Source: Bigelowiella natans CCMP2755
Taxonomy: Eukaryota; Protista; Cercozoa
Length of the DNA: 64,000 bases
Assembly: GCA_000320545.1 (NCBI GenBank)
Contig: ADNK01000427.1
Span: 240,264 to 304,263, forward strand
Direction: 5' to 3'
Positions 1 to 11,415 of the stretch are shown here, piece by piece. The notes beneath the pieces were generated by a model. That model was not told where the DNA came from. It made no database searches and saw nothing but the letters and a program-made list of their open reading frames with translations. How positions within the stretch are numbered: the first letter of the stretch is position 1; every line of letters starts with the position of its first letter. A program made the position numbers and the translations under genes.

Positions 1-3000
1 GGAGTTTCCATCGGGTGATGCACCCAATTTTTATGCCTTACTTCTTCAAGACATTGCGATCTTAAAATATTCTGGACATGGTGCCTCAGACCAGCGAGAT
101 TTCGGATCGTTATAAATTGCTCGGGGGAAGTGAAAACCCCCTCGTTACACAATCTTTCACCAAAAACTGTGACCAAGATACCTTCCATCTCGTCAAGCAC
201 CTCGCTGGTACTTGCACAATGTGAGAAAACTATTTTCTCCTCTGGGACTTTGTACTTCCTAAGACACGTCTCAGAGAGAGATTTTGTAAACTCCGTTGCT
301 AGAAGCTTATAAGAAATTTTCTTTTGATCACGGACTAGATCCAGAACTTTGGATGGATTGAATGCAATACTGTTTTTTTCGGCTATATCTTCTAGCATTT
401 TCACAACCTTCCTCACAACTTTGGTGACAAATGTTTGAGTACTCCAAAGCTCCTGCCCAAAGTCAAATCCAAATTTCTCCAACCAAATCGTAAAGAAAGC
501 ATCGGTAGCCCTTTCAATCGCCTCTAATCGCCTTAGTAGTGATATGCTGGCGGATATTTGCTCTCGTGAGAAATACCTTGGATTCGATACTAATGTTCTC
601 ATTTTTTGGAGAGCATTTTTAATATGTGAACGCTTTCCAAGTCGTCGCTTTAGCCTTGAAGAAGCTAGGGCCAGCCCTCCTTTTGCATCGCTGTATTTTC
701 CTTCTTTTTTGTCCTTAGAGTCGCCGGCATCGCTACCGTTTTGGTCCTCGTCTAGATGCCTGAAAAGCCGCTTCAAAATTGTCCAAAACCTAACCCGCAA
801 TTCTTTTGTTCTCGCAATCTTTGTGAGAGCTTTCTTTAAGTTCGGATCACGGATGTAACTGGCTACTTGGTGCAGTATGGAAAAGGTGAGCGTTCTGAGA
901 ATCTTACTCCCAAGTTTCTTGGCGAAAAGAGAATTTGTGATACTGTCACGCATGGCTGCAAGCATGGACGATATCGAAGAATATACCAAGTCATCCTCTG
1001 AAGACAAATTAAAGAAAGGAGCCAGTATGCTGACGTATGGATGCTCAGCAGTGCCAAGAAACAGCTCTTTCATGCTCTCTGGCAAACCAAGCTCTTTCAT
1101 AGGGTCTACTTTATAAATCGTTGTACTTCCTCTTCTGCCATCTGATGAACTACCCATCTGTTTTCTGTTTGCCTGTAGTACTACAAATTCTTCTAACCCT
1201 TCCAAAGTTCTGATCTTTCTCAATGATTTTTCATCTAAATCAAGTTTCTTCCTAAGCGCGCGTTTTGCATGTCTTATCATGATTTTCTCCGCAGTTCTTT
1301 TCATTTTCGGGTAATCATCGACTGGAATGTGGATGTGGTCTTCCTTTACTCCTTTCATCTTCAAGACGTTTTGAAACATTGCGCTCATCAGAAAGTTCCC
1401 TGCGTAATCAATTTTATCAACCAAGCTGTTTTTACCATTTTTCAAGGCATCTTCCATTTCCATCATATCGACGCCCAACCCTGGGATTCGCCTGAGCAGA
1501 AGGCCTGTAAAAACTTGAATCTCCTTCATAAGTATCGTCCTTATGATAGATTCTACTTGATTATTTGTTATGTTGGCTAAATTTGCCTTTGAGACTCCTC
1601 GAATTCCGTATACCTTGAGGACAATTCTCACAGATCTGAAGAATACATCCTGTTGTATCAAGGTTTTGAGAAATCCGAACGAGGATTCAAACCCAAACAT
1701 GTAGCGTTTCATGAAGGCGATGAGTTCGCCTGCCAGCCATTCCCACTTGAATTGGCCTTCTCGAATTTTCTTCTGCATCGAAGACTCGATATAAAATAGC
1801 TCGTTAACACCTCCATTTAGTGATTGAAAGAGCTGGTGCATTTTATGCGTATTCATTCCGAGGGCCTTTTCAATATCACCAAGCGCTGACGTGATAGACG
1901 ACAAGAGGCGATCCCATTTGTATTTCAGAGATTCAATAAATTCTTCTCTGGCCTTCATAAATGCCTCCTTTTCTTGCACCCCCCATTCCTCATCTTCCAC
2001 GGCGTGCAGATTTTCATTATGGAAAAAGTCCAAGCTCTCAAAAAATGAAGGACGCTTATTCTTTTTTTCCAAAGTCGGTGATGTCAAGCCGCTGGCTGTG
2101 GAGAATCTGCGAACCATACTTCTGGCAGAGCCAACAAGAGAATTGGTACTCAATGACTTGGGAATGAAGCTTCGAGCCTTCGTCCCGTGCTTCTTCTTGT
2201 CAACGTGAGAGCTTGAATTTACAGATACTTTCCGTTCCACATCTGCTGCAGGGCAAGGAGGATTTTGCTTGTGGTCTTGTTTATAGGAGCTGTTTCGTCT
2301 CTTTTTCTTCGCGCTTAGTTTCCGGTGGATAGCAGGAGCGTTGCCGTTCTTGAGGAGTGGCATCTGTAGCACGCAATCATGCCGTCATCACATCATCGTC
2401 GTTAGTATCATTCTGTACCCCTGACGGGACAAATCTATGTGCTTCCAACGAACGAAACGCAAAACATTAAACACAAGGTATGTACAGATGGTATATCTAC
2501 GTCGTTTCTCAGTTATATTCTCAAGCACACGCAAACGAATGATACTGCTAACGCAAGGTCCAGACCCCTGTAGGTGACGGAGTAGAGTTGGCCCCCATTC
2601 CTGAGTCAGGAGCCCTAGGAGATAACAAATTTTCCATTTCCTTCTTGCTATCTTTGCTAGAGGCTGGTTCTCCTTTCCCTCCAGCATCTTCTCCGCTTGC
2701 TGTAGCAGGAGAGGCTAAGGAGGGTCCCCCATCGATGCTGACAATACTTTTCTCTCCCGATTTTACGTCCGAGTTTTTTGACTCGAAGTGCATTTCGTCC
2801 CCCTTTCCAAAATCCAGCAAAAGGTACTTTACTTAGTATTATGTGACCTCCCAGAGTTGGTGTTGCACCAGAGAAATAGTACCTCATGAATGCTCATCTC
2901 ACTATCCAGAGAGTATATACTGCTGAGCCCATCATCGTCTCCGCCATGGTCGTTCTGGTTGCATTTTTTATAAGTTAAAAAAACGAGGCACTTGTTTTTG

Positions 3001-4670
3001 TGTTTGGAAGAGAAATAAACCTACCCCTGGAAGCTTCTCATCGTCGTCAAAATCATTGAAGTCATCATCATCATCATCATCATTCTCTCCCCCTTCCTCA
3101 GGTTCATCATCTTCTGGATCCCCGAAGAGGATGTGCATGGCGTTCCAAACCACGTTCTTTAGCCGTGTAATCGGGTCGAAGACTAATGGAGGAAGTCAAA
3201 CAAGTTTACGTTTGGCCAAATACCAGTTTAGGTAGATTGATGAAGTGATGCGGGATATGCGGCATTACTACCCAATCTGTGGAAATCGAGAGCAATCAGA
3301 CCCATTCCAACCGTGACCACAATCTGTCAAGTGCGTACATACAGCAGCCAATCTATAACACACTACTCCAGCAAAAATGGAAGAAGGTATTATAATAATG
3401 ACGATGACGACGACGATGACGATGATGGTGGTGGTTGTGATGTGGTACTTACAGCAAGGAGGAAAGTAAGGATCAGGTTGTTCTGAGCTTCCTGCAAGAC
3501 GATATCCTTTAGCGAAAATATCGCTGCGTTGGGACAAGAACTTCCTTCGATGTCGCTCAAACCTAGAGAAGAAGATGTTAATTGTTCAAATCACATCCGA
3601 TTATATATATACCCGTGCGTACACAAAGATATGCGGCTAAATCGCCGACAACTCTCCCTTTATGAGCACGTGTTGATGTTACCAGATGAGGTCTACCATT
3701 GCAATCGTTCGTTCAATATGTATATATTTCGTGAAGATATTCTCCCTCAGAAATGTGGAAGTTGATACATACTTAATAAATTGCCGCATGATCCTTGGGT
3801 TGCCACGAATTCCATCTCTCCCAACCTTAATGATTTTACCTCGGACCTGCATCATAGAAATGGATATGTTCAGTATAGCCATTCTTGATGAGAATGTGCT
3901 AGATGGAGCTGAATGAAAGCTGCTAGGTCTCATGCTGTTTCCTCTCTCCCTCCTTCGCTTCCCCCCCTCCCTCAAAACGATTTGTCAGTCTTAAGGAAAA
4001 TAGTAACCAATCTGAAATGAATTCGGTATTGTTGATCTTTAGATACAACAACGGGGATCCATTGTACTCGACCCCTGAAACAATAAGACTACGTTTAGGA
4101 TTATGCCTAATTTCAAGTCGCCAACCCCCCCCACCCCCCCCTTCTCTCTCTCTCTCTCTCTGAACACATGTGTGTGTGGGTGTTTGTGTGCGTGTGTGCG
4201 CACGCATGTATGTGTATATATGTCAGCATGTACATGGATGCACACACGGGAGGAGAAAGAACAAGGGAGAGAAGTAAGAGGTATCATCGTATCAATATTG
4301 CCTACTATCACCTTCCGGATTTCCCTCTTTGTACGTGTTAAGAACTGCTGAGAAGACCACTCCGTTTGTTCCGTTTGCATCGGCTTTCGCCGCGTTAACC
4401 ACCATCTAACCCAAAGTAGAGATCAATCCTTCGACTTAGTACGGTGAAACCAATAAATCCATCAACCAATCAAACACAAATCCTTCTCTGCGCGACATAT
4501 AATCTGTACCTCTAGGCCCTGAACCTTCTGCAGAGCTGCCATCTCAACTTCCAGCAGTGTGAAGACCACGAGAAGCAGTAACATCATGCAGGTAATCTGC
4601 ACACATTCAAAACCATACACAAATGTAAGCTATTTGAGTCTTGCCATCGTTACAAAGTGTAACACAATAA

Positions 4671-4761
<91 letters not shown>

Positions 4762-6062
4762 CTAAACGGGGAGGGGGGGTGGTGAGTTCAAAAAGGGGAT
4801 GTAGTGAGAAGTAAACCTTGGAAGTGAGCACTTCAAGAACGTATCCTCCGATCTTGCTGGGTTGAAGAATCTAAGTAAAAATCAATTTTAAAATTGGTGG
4901 CCATCCTGTAAGTCACTGTTCATTTTATCATTCGATGGGTTTTACGCTTATGTTGCAAATATATGCGACTACATAGTCATGTTGATGTCGAATGTAAAGA
5001 AACGGAGGAAGAAAAAGCAATATCGTGGAGGTTTTGACAGGTTTACCAATTCCGCAGTGTCCACTTGGTGCCGCCCTCTGCGAATACAATGAAGACTTCA
5101 GTTAACTCCATACATCAAGATTAGAAGAAAAATACAATCAAGCTACGAGCACAATTGAAATCATGCTCTCGGATGTTGTAATTACGTCTCTTCGTCATGC
5201 TTGAAGATTTCATCGTGCACGTCTCTTCCAAAGTGCTGCAGATAGGCTCCAGGAGCATTTGTCAAACCTTCCCATTGTTCAAAATTCTCGATCATTTCAC
5301 AGAGCTTATTTTATTTTGTAGATCAGTGCAACTTCTACAGCAAATGCATCGTAATAAATGATACCTAATTCTCCTTGGGCGTTGATTAGCTGTGGGTTTG
5401 TGGTCTTAGTGCTCGATTCAGCTTCTGTCTTCTTCGCTTCGTTCTTTAGATTTTCACTCTGCGTCATCACATTGAAAGGAGCATATGTTAGCAAACAGCG
5501 AAGTTCTCTCCCCTCTCAAAATAAAGCCAATGGATTGAAAACGCAAAAACTCAGTAACCTCTTTGCTTTTGCCCATTGCGTCCATTTCAACTCCATTTTC
5601 TAGATCCTATGGATTTATTGATATCAATTGCTAAGTATCAACTCTATGCAAGACTGATGCTTAAGCACTTTCTGACCTTAATCTTCCCATCAGCTTTGTC
5701 ACCATCTTCCTGATCTCCTTCTTGTTCATCGTCTTTCTCGGCATCACCATTAGCGCATGCTCCACGGCAGCGAATTATTGCTAGAGTAAGATCGATGACG
5801 AAAGAGACGAACTGTCCCAGTACTTTTGGAACCTTTGTCGCTCTACCCGCTCGGCTTCCAACCCTTGCAACTCTTGCCGTCCGCGCTACTACCCCAACAG
5901 ATCCACTCCCAAACAAGATGTCTGAGAAATCGAGTTCTACTCCTTCAATCGTCAGTCGAATGAGCGTGAATATTCCCATCACTAACCACAGCATTACGTC
6001 ACAAATTCTAGTCAGAAGACACATATGTAGGTATGTACAATACACTACACACACACACTCAC

Positions 6063-6118
<56 letters not shown>

Positions 6119-6123
6119 TCACA

Positions 6124-6182
<59 letters not shown>

Positions 6183-6751
6183 TGTGTGTGTGTGTATGGA
6201 AATATCATCGCGTAGAATTCATATTCACGAGATGTGCATTCGACTTCATAATGCAACCATGCCTAACGGTGGACTCCCAGCATTGCACCGCTGCTGCTAC
6301 TACTACTACAACAACTACTATTCTAAAACTAACTGCGCGCCGGTCCGACCTCAACGACAAAAGTGAGGAAGCAGACAACTGTAGTCCAGCCAAGTACATT
6401 GTCGTACTCTTTTGAAATTTTGCATAATATCCATATATCGTGCGCGAAAAGGGCAAACGCCGTCATGAATGTTATCTGTTTAAAATTTGTACAGTGAAGA
6501 GAATTGGAGAATAGGGAGAGGAGGAGGAGCGCAGGATTAAGGGAGGAAAGAATAGTTAGAAAAAAAAAAAAAAAAAAAGAGGGCGGCGCAACACAACTAT
6601 GGAGTTCTTCTAGTGTGTTACCAGGCGCCCAAACGCTGTTGACTTCCTTAGCCTTTCTGCGCAGGTGTTGTCGGTGTCCAAAATATGAACTTTGAACTCC
6701 GCATTCTCCCCGATCGCCGCCTGGTAATCCATCATATGTTTTGAGAGTACT

Positions 6752-6786
<35 letters not shown>

Positions 6787-6909
6787 CTGAAACTCATCGC
6801 GGCTGTACCTTTTCTAGCATGTCGTTTTCAACTTCAATGACAACTGTATACATCCGGTACAATTATCAGGAAGCGAATACGATATTAGATAAAGATTATA
6901 ATCAGCCTA

Positions 6910-6956
<47 letters not shown>

Positions 6957-6991
6957 CGCGGCGGGAACAAACGCAGACAGATGGAGAGAGG

Positions 6992-7033
<42 letters not shown>

Positions 7034-7587
7034 ACACTAAATTCCCATTATTTTTCTATGAAATATTAACAAAAATACTACCCTTAAAGGTCATTGTTCC
7101 CGAATCAGACGGGTCGTCGAATATGAATATCTCTATCTGTTTTTCTATTTCTCCTTCTTGGAAGCAAACTAGTTTATTGATGGCTCCGAAGTTTGAGCCT
7201 ATTTGGTCGAGTGTGGGCAATACTTTATTGTGGCATTAGAAATTTCCATGAAGATTAAGAATTACCTGGAACGGCTGTTTCAGCAACGGTGTATACCACA
7301 ACATCGAGGGCCACGTTGGGATCTCCATCACGCTTTAGCACAGCGGTCACACGTCCTTTGTTCTCATAAACTTGGGCCGATTTGGTGGCCCATTGGATGG
7401 TGCATGGTGCAGTAGTTATGTCAGCAACGGAAAGTTGACTTCTTAACCCTCTCAGCCTTGAGAATGAATTGTCTCTACTCTTTTTCTGATCTTTTGAGTC
7501 TGCTAAATGCGTCGAATTGTCAAGGGGATTGTTCACAAAAGCCTCCTTGTGGTCGGCGGGTGCTTTTCCAGCGCTGGCCTCCTCCAT
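1..7587 (-). CDS. Multi-exon Calx-beta + voltage-sensor (ion-channel/adenylyl-cyclase-type membrane module) protein with large helical C-terminal region; 3' end outside window
   Basis: Calx-beta exons [46 protein letters not shown] / [29 protein letters not shown] (7420-7085). S1-S2 [42 protein letters not shown] (6475-6350). S4-like [23 protein letters not shown] (~5890-5825). [30 protein letters not shown] and [31 protein letters not shown] single exon from 2363 reads open to base 1 (absent from the ORF track because it has no stop in the window). Confidence 0.8.
4672..4758. repeat. Compound intronic microsatellite (TG)n(AG)n, representative of dozens of SSRs in the window
   Basis: Directly visible; similar (CA)n, (GA)n, (TA)n, (TAC)n, (GAG)n, (CAT)n, (TAA)n tracts occur at 6045-7030, 16330-18220, 25700-30280, 44810-45760, 49125-53880, 55360-58190, 61060-63970. 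Confidence 0.95.
6045..6178. repeat. Tandem duplication of CACACACTCACA(C)AAAT-(AT)n unit
   Basis: Two adjacent near-identical units, each ending in a long (TA)n tract. Confidence 0.8.
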
Positions 7588-7956
7588 CCCTACTCCGCTA
7601 TGGTATTTTAAGACAAGGTCGCAGTTGACAAGGCCTCTTCTGTTTGCATGTCCATCAAAATCTACTGCAGAGCTGAATCGAGGGTGGGGAGCTATTCCTC
7701 ACTCAGTAGTTTGCATACAACCGCCGGCCGGAAACCGCCAACATTTCAAAAAATAAAACGGCGCGGGGATTTCTTGTCATTTCTCGGACTTTTGCTATGT
7801 CGCTTTATCGTATTCAAATGAAAATTTATTCCCATTTGACATTGTGCAAAAAAGCATGATGTTTTCTGCGAAATATGATATTTTGTTCTGTCGCAGGATA
7901 GATTCCGTGGAAAGGCGAAAAAGCTGAGAAACATCGACAACGAGCTTGGCAGGATA
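7588..7956. promoter_or_regulatory. Short divergent (bidirectional) promoter region; similar at ~11122-11415, ~51333-51620, ~60180-60396
   Basis: Head-to-head start codons only 200-370 bp apart; inferred from gene orientation only, no motif identified. Confidence 0.45.
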
Positions 7957-8629
7957 ATGAGCGGGTCGTTGGACCTGGATGAGAACCCTGGCTCCGAGGC
8001 TAAGGAAGATTCTAAGTACATCAAACTCATCAGGTGTCATATTTAGATATTCTTAGAGTGTACTCGTAGTAATTTTGAGATGGATTTTTCATGTGTGGAG
8101 TTTTTTATGAACGAAACCAACATGGAAAAATAGAATCGGGATGATGCTTCCTCGTTCAAGAAGAGGGAGTCACTCCCGATGACTGATTATTATGTCATAG
8201 TTACTCTGACCGATTCTCATCCACCCACACACAAAAATGCGGTTCTTACCTACATTTGGAGGTGTCTGAATGTTCTTTTCTCTTACCGGAATTAGCAAAG
8301 AAGGGGCTGAAATTATTTGCTCAAAAAAAGTGGCTGTCGCCTCTGGCACAATACGAGCGATGTTGACCGGACCTGGTAAGGATTTATACATTCAGCACTT
8401 TTACATACGGCTGATATAAAGATTTACTCTAGGTAAATGGAAAGAGAACTCTGGGCCAGTTCCAACGATCCACTTCGAAACGATCGAAGCTTCTGTCCTA
8501 GAGAAAGTTGTCCAATATTTTTACTACAAGAGCCAACACGATAATACACAGGGTCCGATAGAAAAATTTGACATAGAATTAGGCCAAATAATCCCCCTTT
8601 TAATTGCTGCGAACTATCTCGATACGTGA
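7957..8629 (+). CDS. ELOC: Elongin C (SKP1/BTB-fold), 3 exons: 7957-8033, 8296-8375, 8433-8629
   Basis: Spliced product MSGSLD...KYIKLISKEGAEIICSKKVAVASGTIRAMLTGPGKWKE...IHFETIEASVLEKVVQYFYYK...IIPLLIAANYLDT* matches Elongin C motifs (SGTIkAML, VLeKVcqYFyYK, AANyLD); GT-AG introns keep frame. Confidence 0.93.
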
Positions 8630-9045
8630 TACGTTGAGCATCCCTTGTTGATGTAATTAAAGATATGAATTCAAGTTGTCGCTTCAACCTACATTTTCTG
8701 CAGCTGTGCTGGTGCTACATGTATCAGTGAATATATAATAGGTAGTCTGCTGCATGTAATGTGGGCATGATATAATTTCTATATCTGACTGTGCATGTAC
8801 AACGTGTGTGAGGCGAAGTACGTGCATCCCTATATGGATCCAAATCGTTGTCGTCATTTTAATGATGATGAATATGCAAATTTTAATACAAGTCGGAATT
8901 GAGACAGTTGGGATTCGGGCTAGTATTTCATGCATGTGTACTAGTGTAGCCATTGTCCAATCAGCGCTCTGTGGTGTTAGCTAGTTAGTTTCAGCATTGT
9001 ATCGTATCTACGTGCGCACATCATGGTACGCTGGCCTCACATATG

Positions 9046-9210
9046 CAGGGATTCTTCTAGCGGAGATTTGAGGGTGTAAAAATTAGAGATTCAGGGTGTA
9101 ATAAGAGCAAACAAAATCAAAGCAAAATGCAGAAAATTGATCGCAAATATTAGCGCTTCGCAGGGTGTAAGCTCACACCCATTTACACCCGGCCCTTGGA
9201 ATAATCCCAG
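9046..9210. mobile_element. 165-bp non-autonomous hAT-like MITE
   Basis: Perfect 8-bp direct repeat CACATATG at 9038-9045 and 9211-9218. Imperfect TIRs CAGGGATTCTTCTAG vs revcomp CTGGGATTATTCCAA (11/15). Subterminal motif AGGGTGTAA x3 (9071, 9093, 9162) plus inverted TCACACCC/TTACACCC (9173, 9183). Confidence 0.8.
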
Positions 9211-9599
9211 CACATATGTGTAGCAGGCACGCACTGCTGTGTGCACCGCGCGACTTCAACGACACAGCATGGTACTTATGCATGAATGCGGCACATAGTA
9301 GTAGCAGCAATCAACAGATGCAACATAGCTAGATAGGCGTTAATTTAGCCGCCACTTTTCATAGCTACATTAGGATGACTATTGAAAATATTTACTTAAT
9401 CACATCATTACATCCGTATAGTCTTATATGCGTAGCATGCGGCTGGTGTGACGGTAGTTGCTACTGTCTGGTAGTGTATAAGTTATGTGTCTATTGTTGA
9501 TTATGCTACATGCTATGGCAATGCAACGCAGTTGATGCCGTCTGCCTATGATTCTATTGCGCCCGCCAGTTCAATAAAATAAACGACACTGATTGCTTA

Positions 9600-11121
9600 T
9601 CAGAAAGATTCTGGCGAAGGAGGCGGTTCTCTGATTTGCCTATGTTCTTCATACATCTGTAAGACAAATTTCCCACACGGCCGGTCCCGAAACATGTCGC
9701 TCTCTTTCTGTGCCTGTGGTGTCATCATTTCCCGCTTCAACGAGGATTCTTTCCGTGCACGCCCGCCGGTGTACTTCTCAAGTGTCAGAAGTGGAGCAGC
9801 CAAAGCCGCGAAAGTGACGTCAACAAAGGTTGGATAGTCAGTTTTCATAAGGTATTTGCGCCCTAGAAATGTTGTTATACGAAACAATGGCTCTGATCAA
9901 TTGCAACATTTGGATCGAGCATTCGAATCTTTAGACCAAGAAATATATTCTTATAATCTTATGTTCTTTGTTAACATGTGCATAGGGTCAGGCATTTGGA
10001 ACTATTGGAGCTTACCATCTTTAAGAAGGGCATCCACTTTGGTAAATACTTCTTTGGCGAGTATTAGTCTCTCACTTGCGTGCTTTGGGTTCAGTTTCAA
10101 TGCCTTCTTCATGAAAACTAAAAGCACTGGCATTGAAACTTTAAGGAGTATACGCTGCCAATATGGAATAGAAGGTTGATAATAGCCCCAAAAGCTTAAG
10201 TAGTCTTGCATTGGATTCTTCCTGGTCTTATTCACGACTAGAACATCAGTGTATCTGGAGATGAAGCAATAAATCATTCTTAGTTTTGATTTCTGAGGGT
10301 TTGTCTTTTTTCTTTATTCTACAAAAGCAATCTTGCTTATATGTGCGCATTCGTGTCAGTTTTGTTTAGACAACAAACTGGATGATGTGTTTCTAAATGC
10401 AGTGTGAGTAGTTCAGTACAGATAGTTCCGGATGTAATCCCCCATCTTATCAAACTCCTTCTCAAGCTCTAATGCCTGAAGACTAGGCTTTAAGAATTCT
10501 GATTTCCTGATTCCACTTTCTCGATTATTCTCTTTGCCTTCCCTATATATGTACGCATGCGTACATACGTAAATCAATGCACCTGTTGGATTCTCAGGGC
10601 ATGTATGAACCTATTTTACCCGAGCTTATTCTCTGTTTCCGATTGCTCCTCCGTCCCAGCATATTTCCCGTACAAATATCTAAGGATGAAGTTCGATCCT
10701 GATACACGTGTTGGCCCCTGTCGAATAGCTGGGATTAGCCTGCCAAGCAGGACAACCCCTAGAATTCCACAGCTCTCTTCTTCAACGTAATCGATCCCGA
10801 GAATATCTAAGCTCCAACGAACTTTTTCGACGTAGTGAGAAATAGTGATGGACTCGAGAATCTAAAGGGTATATGATAAGATTCTTTAGTAGCCATTGCT
10901 GGCTGCAGAGGTTTCAACATCAGAAATAAGGTGAGGCCGTTCATCCTTACCAGCCGTCGGTTGGGCATTTGCAGCTTTAGACCGGCAATCAATAAGCTCA
11001 GCACAAAGACGAATAGTAGGTACGAGGTAATCCCCAAGATCCCCCATCCGAGAACTATTACAAGCGGTCCGGAGACCAACAGCGCAAGAACAACGGCATT
11101 CTCGCGCAAAAAGATTCTCAT
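9600..11121 (-). CDS. Glutathione S-transferase-like protein with N-terminal transmembrane anchor (multi-exon)
   Basis: Hydrophobic first exon MRIFLRENAVVLALLVSGPLVIVLGWGILGITSYLLFVFVLSLLIAG; GST-N motif ITISHYVEKVRWSLDILGIDYVEE...IPAIRQG...GSNFILRYL; GST-C motif PTFVDVTFAALAAPLL...FRDRPCGKFVLQMYEEHR. Confidence 0.8.
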
Positions 11122-11415
11122 TGGAGTTTGGGGTAGTACTTGTGGCTGGTGACGATGAGGAGAATCTCTGTCGAACAAAATATCCACTTTTACTGTTGTC
11201 GTATATTAAAATCCCCCTACAATTTCGTTCTCTATTGTCCTGGAAGTATCCTGTGTTTCTAGCGATTTCTCGCTGTCATTGCTTCCAGGGAATGACGCAC
11301 GATAAAAAAAGCCTGCATTATTCTCGGAATCACTTTCCCGAAATATCCGAATAGCTCGATCCCTTGTCCCGTAGCATCATCGCACCCTTGGCGAAGTGGT
11401 GGTAGAGGTCGTCGG

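Noticed and set aside
5795-6415. 206-aa plus-strand ORF, and similar low-complexity ORFs (e.g. 46282-46707, 28049-28489, 53075-53569)
   Set aside because: Antisense shadows of real exons or read-through of microsatellites (YIYI, THTH, poly-S).
9071-9190. GGGTGTAA repeats as telomere-like or CRISPR-like repeats
   Set aside because: Few, dispersed, in both orientations and inside a TIR/TSD-bounded element; better explained as subterminal motifs.
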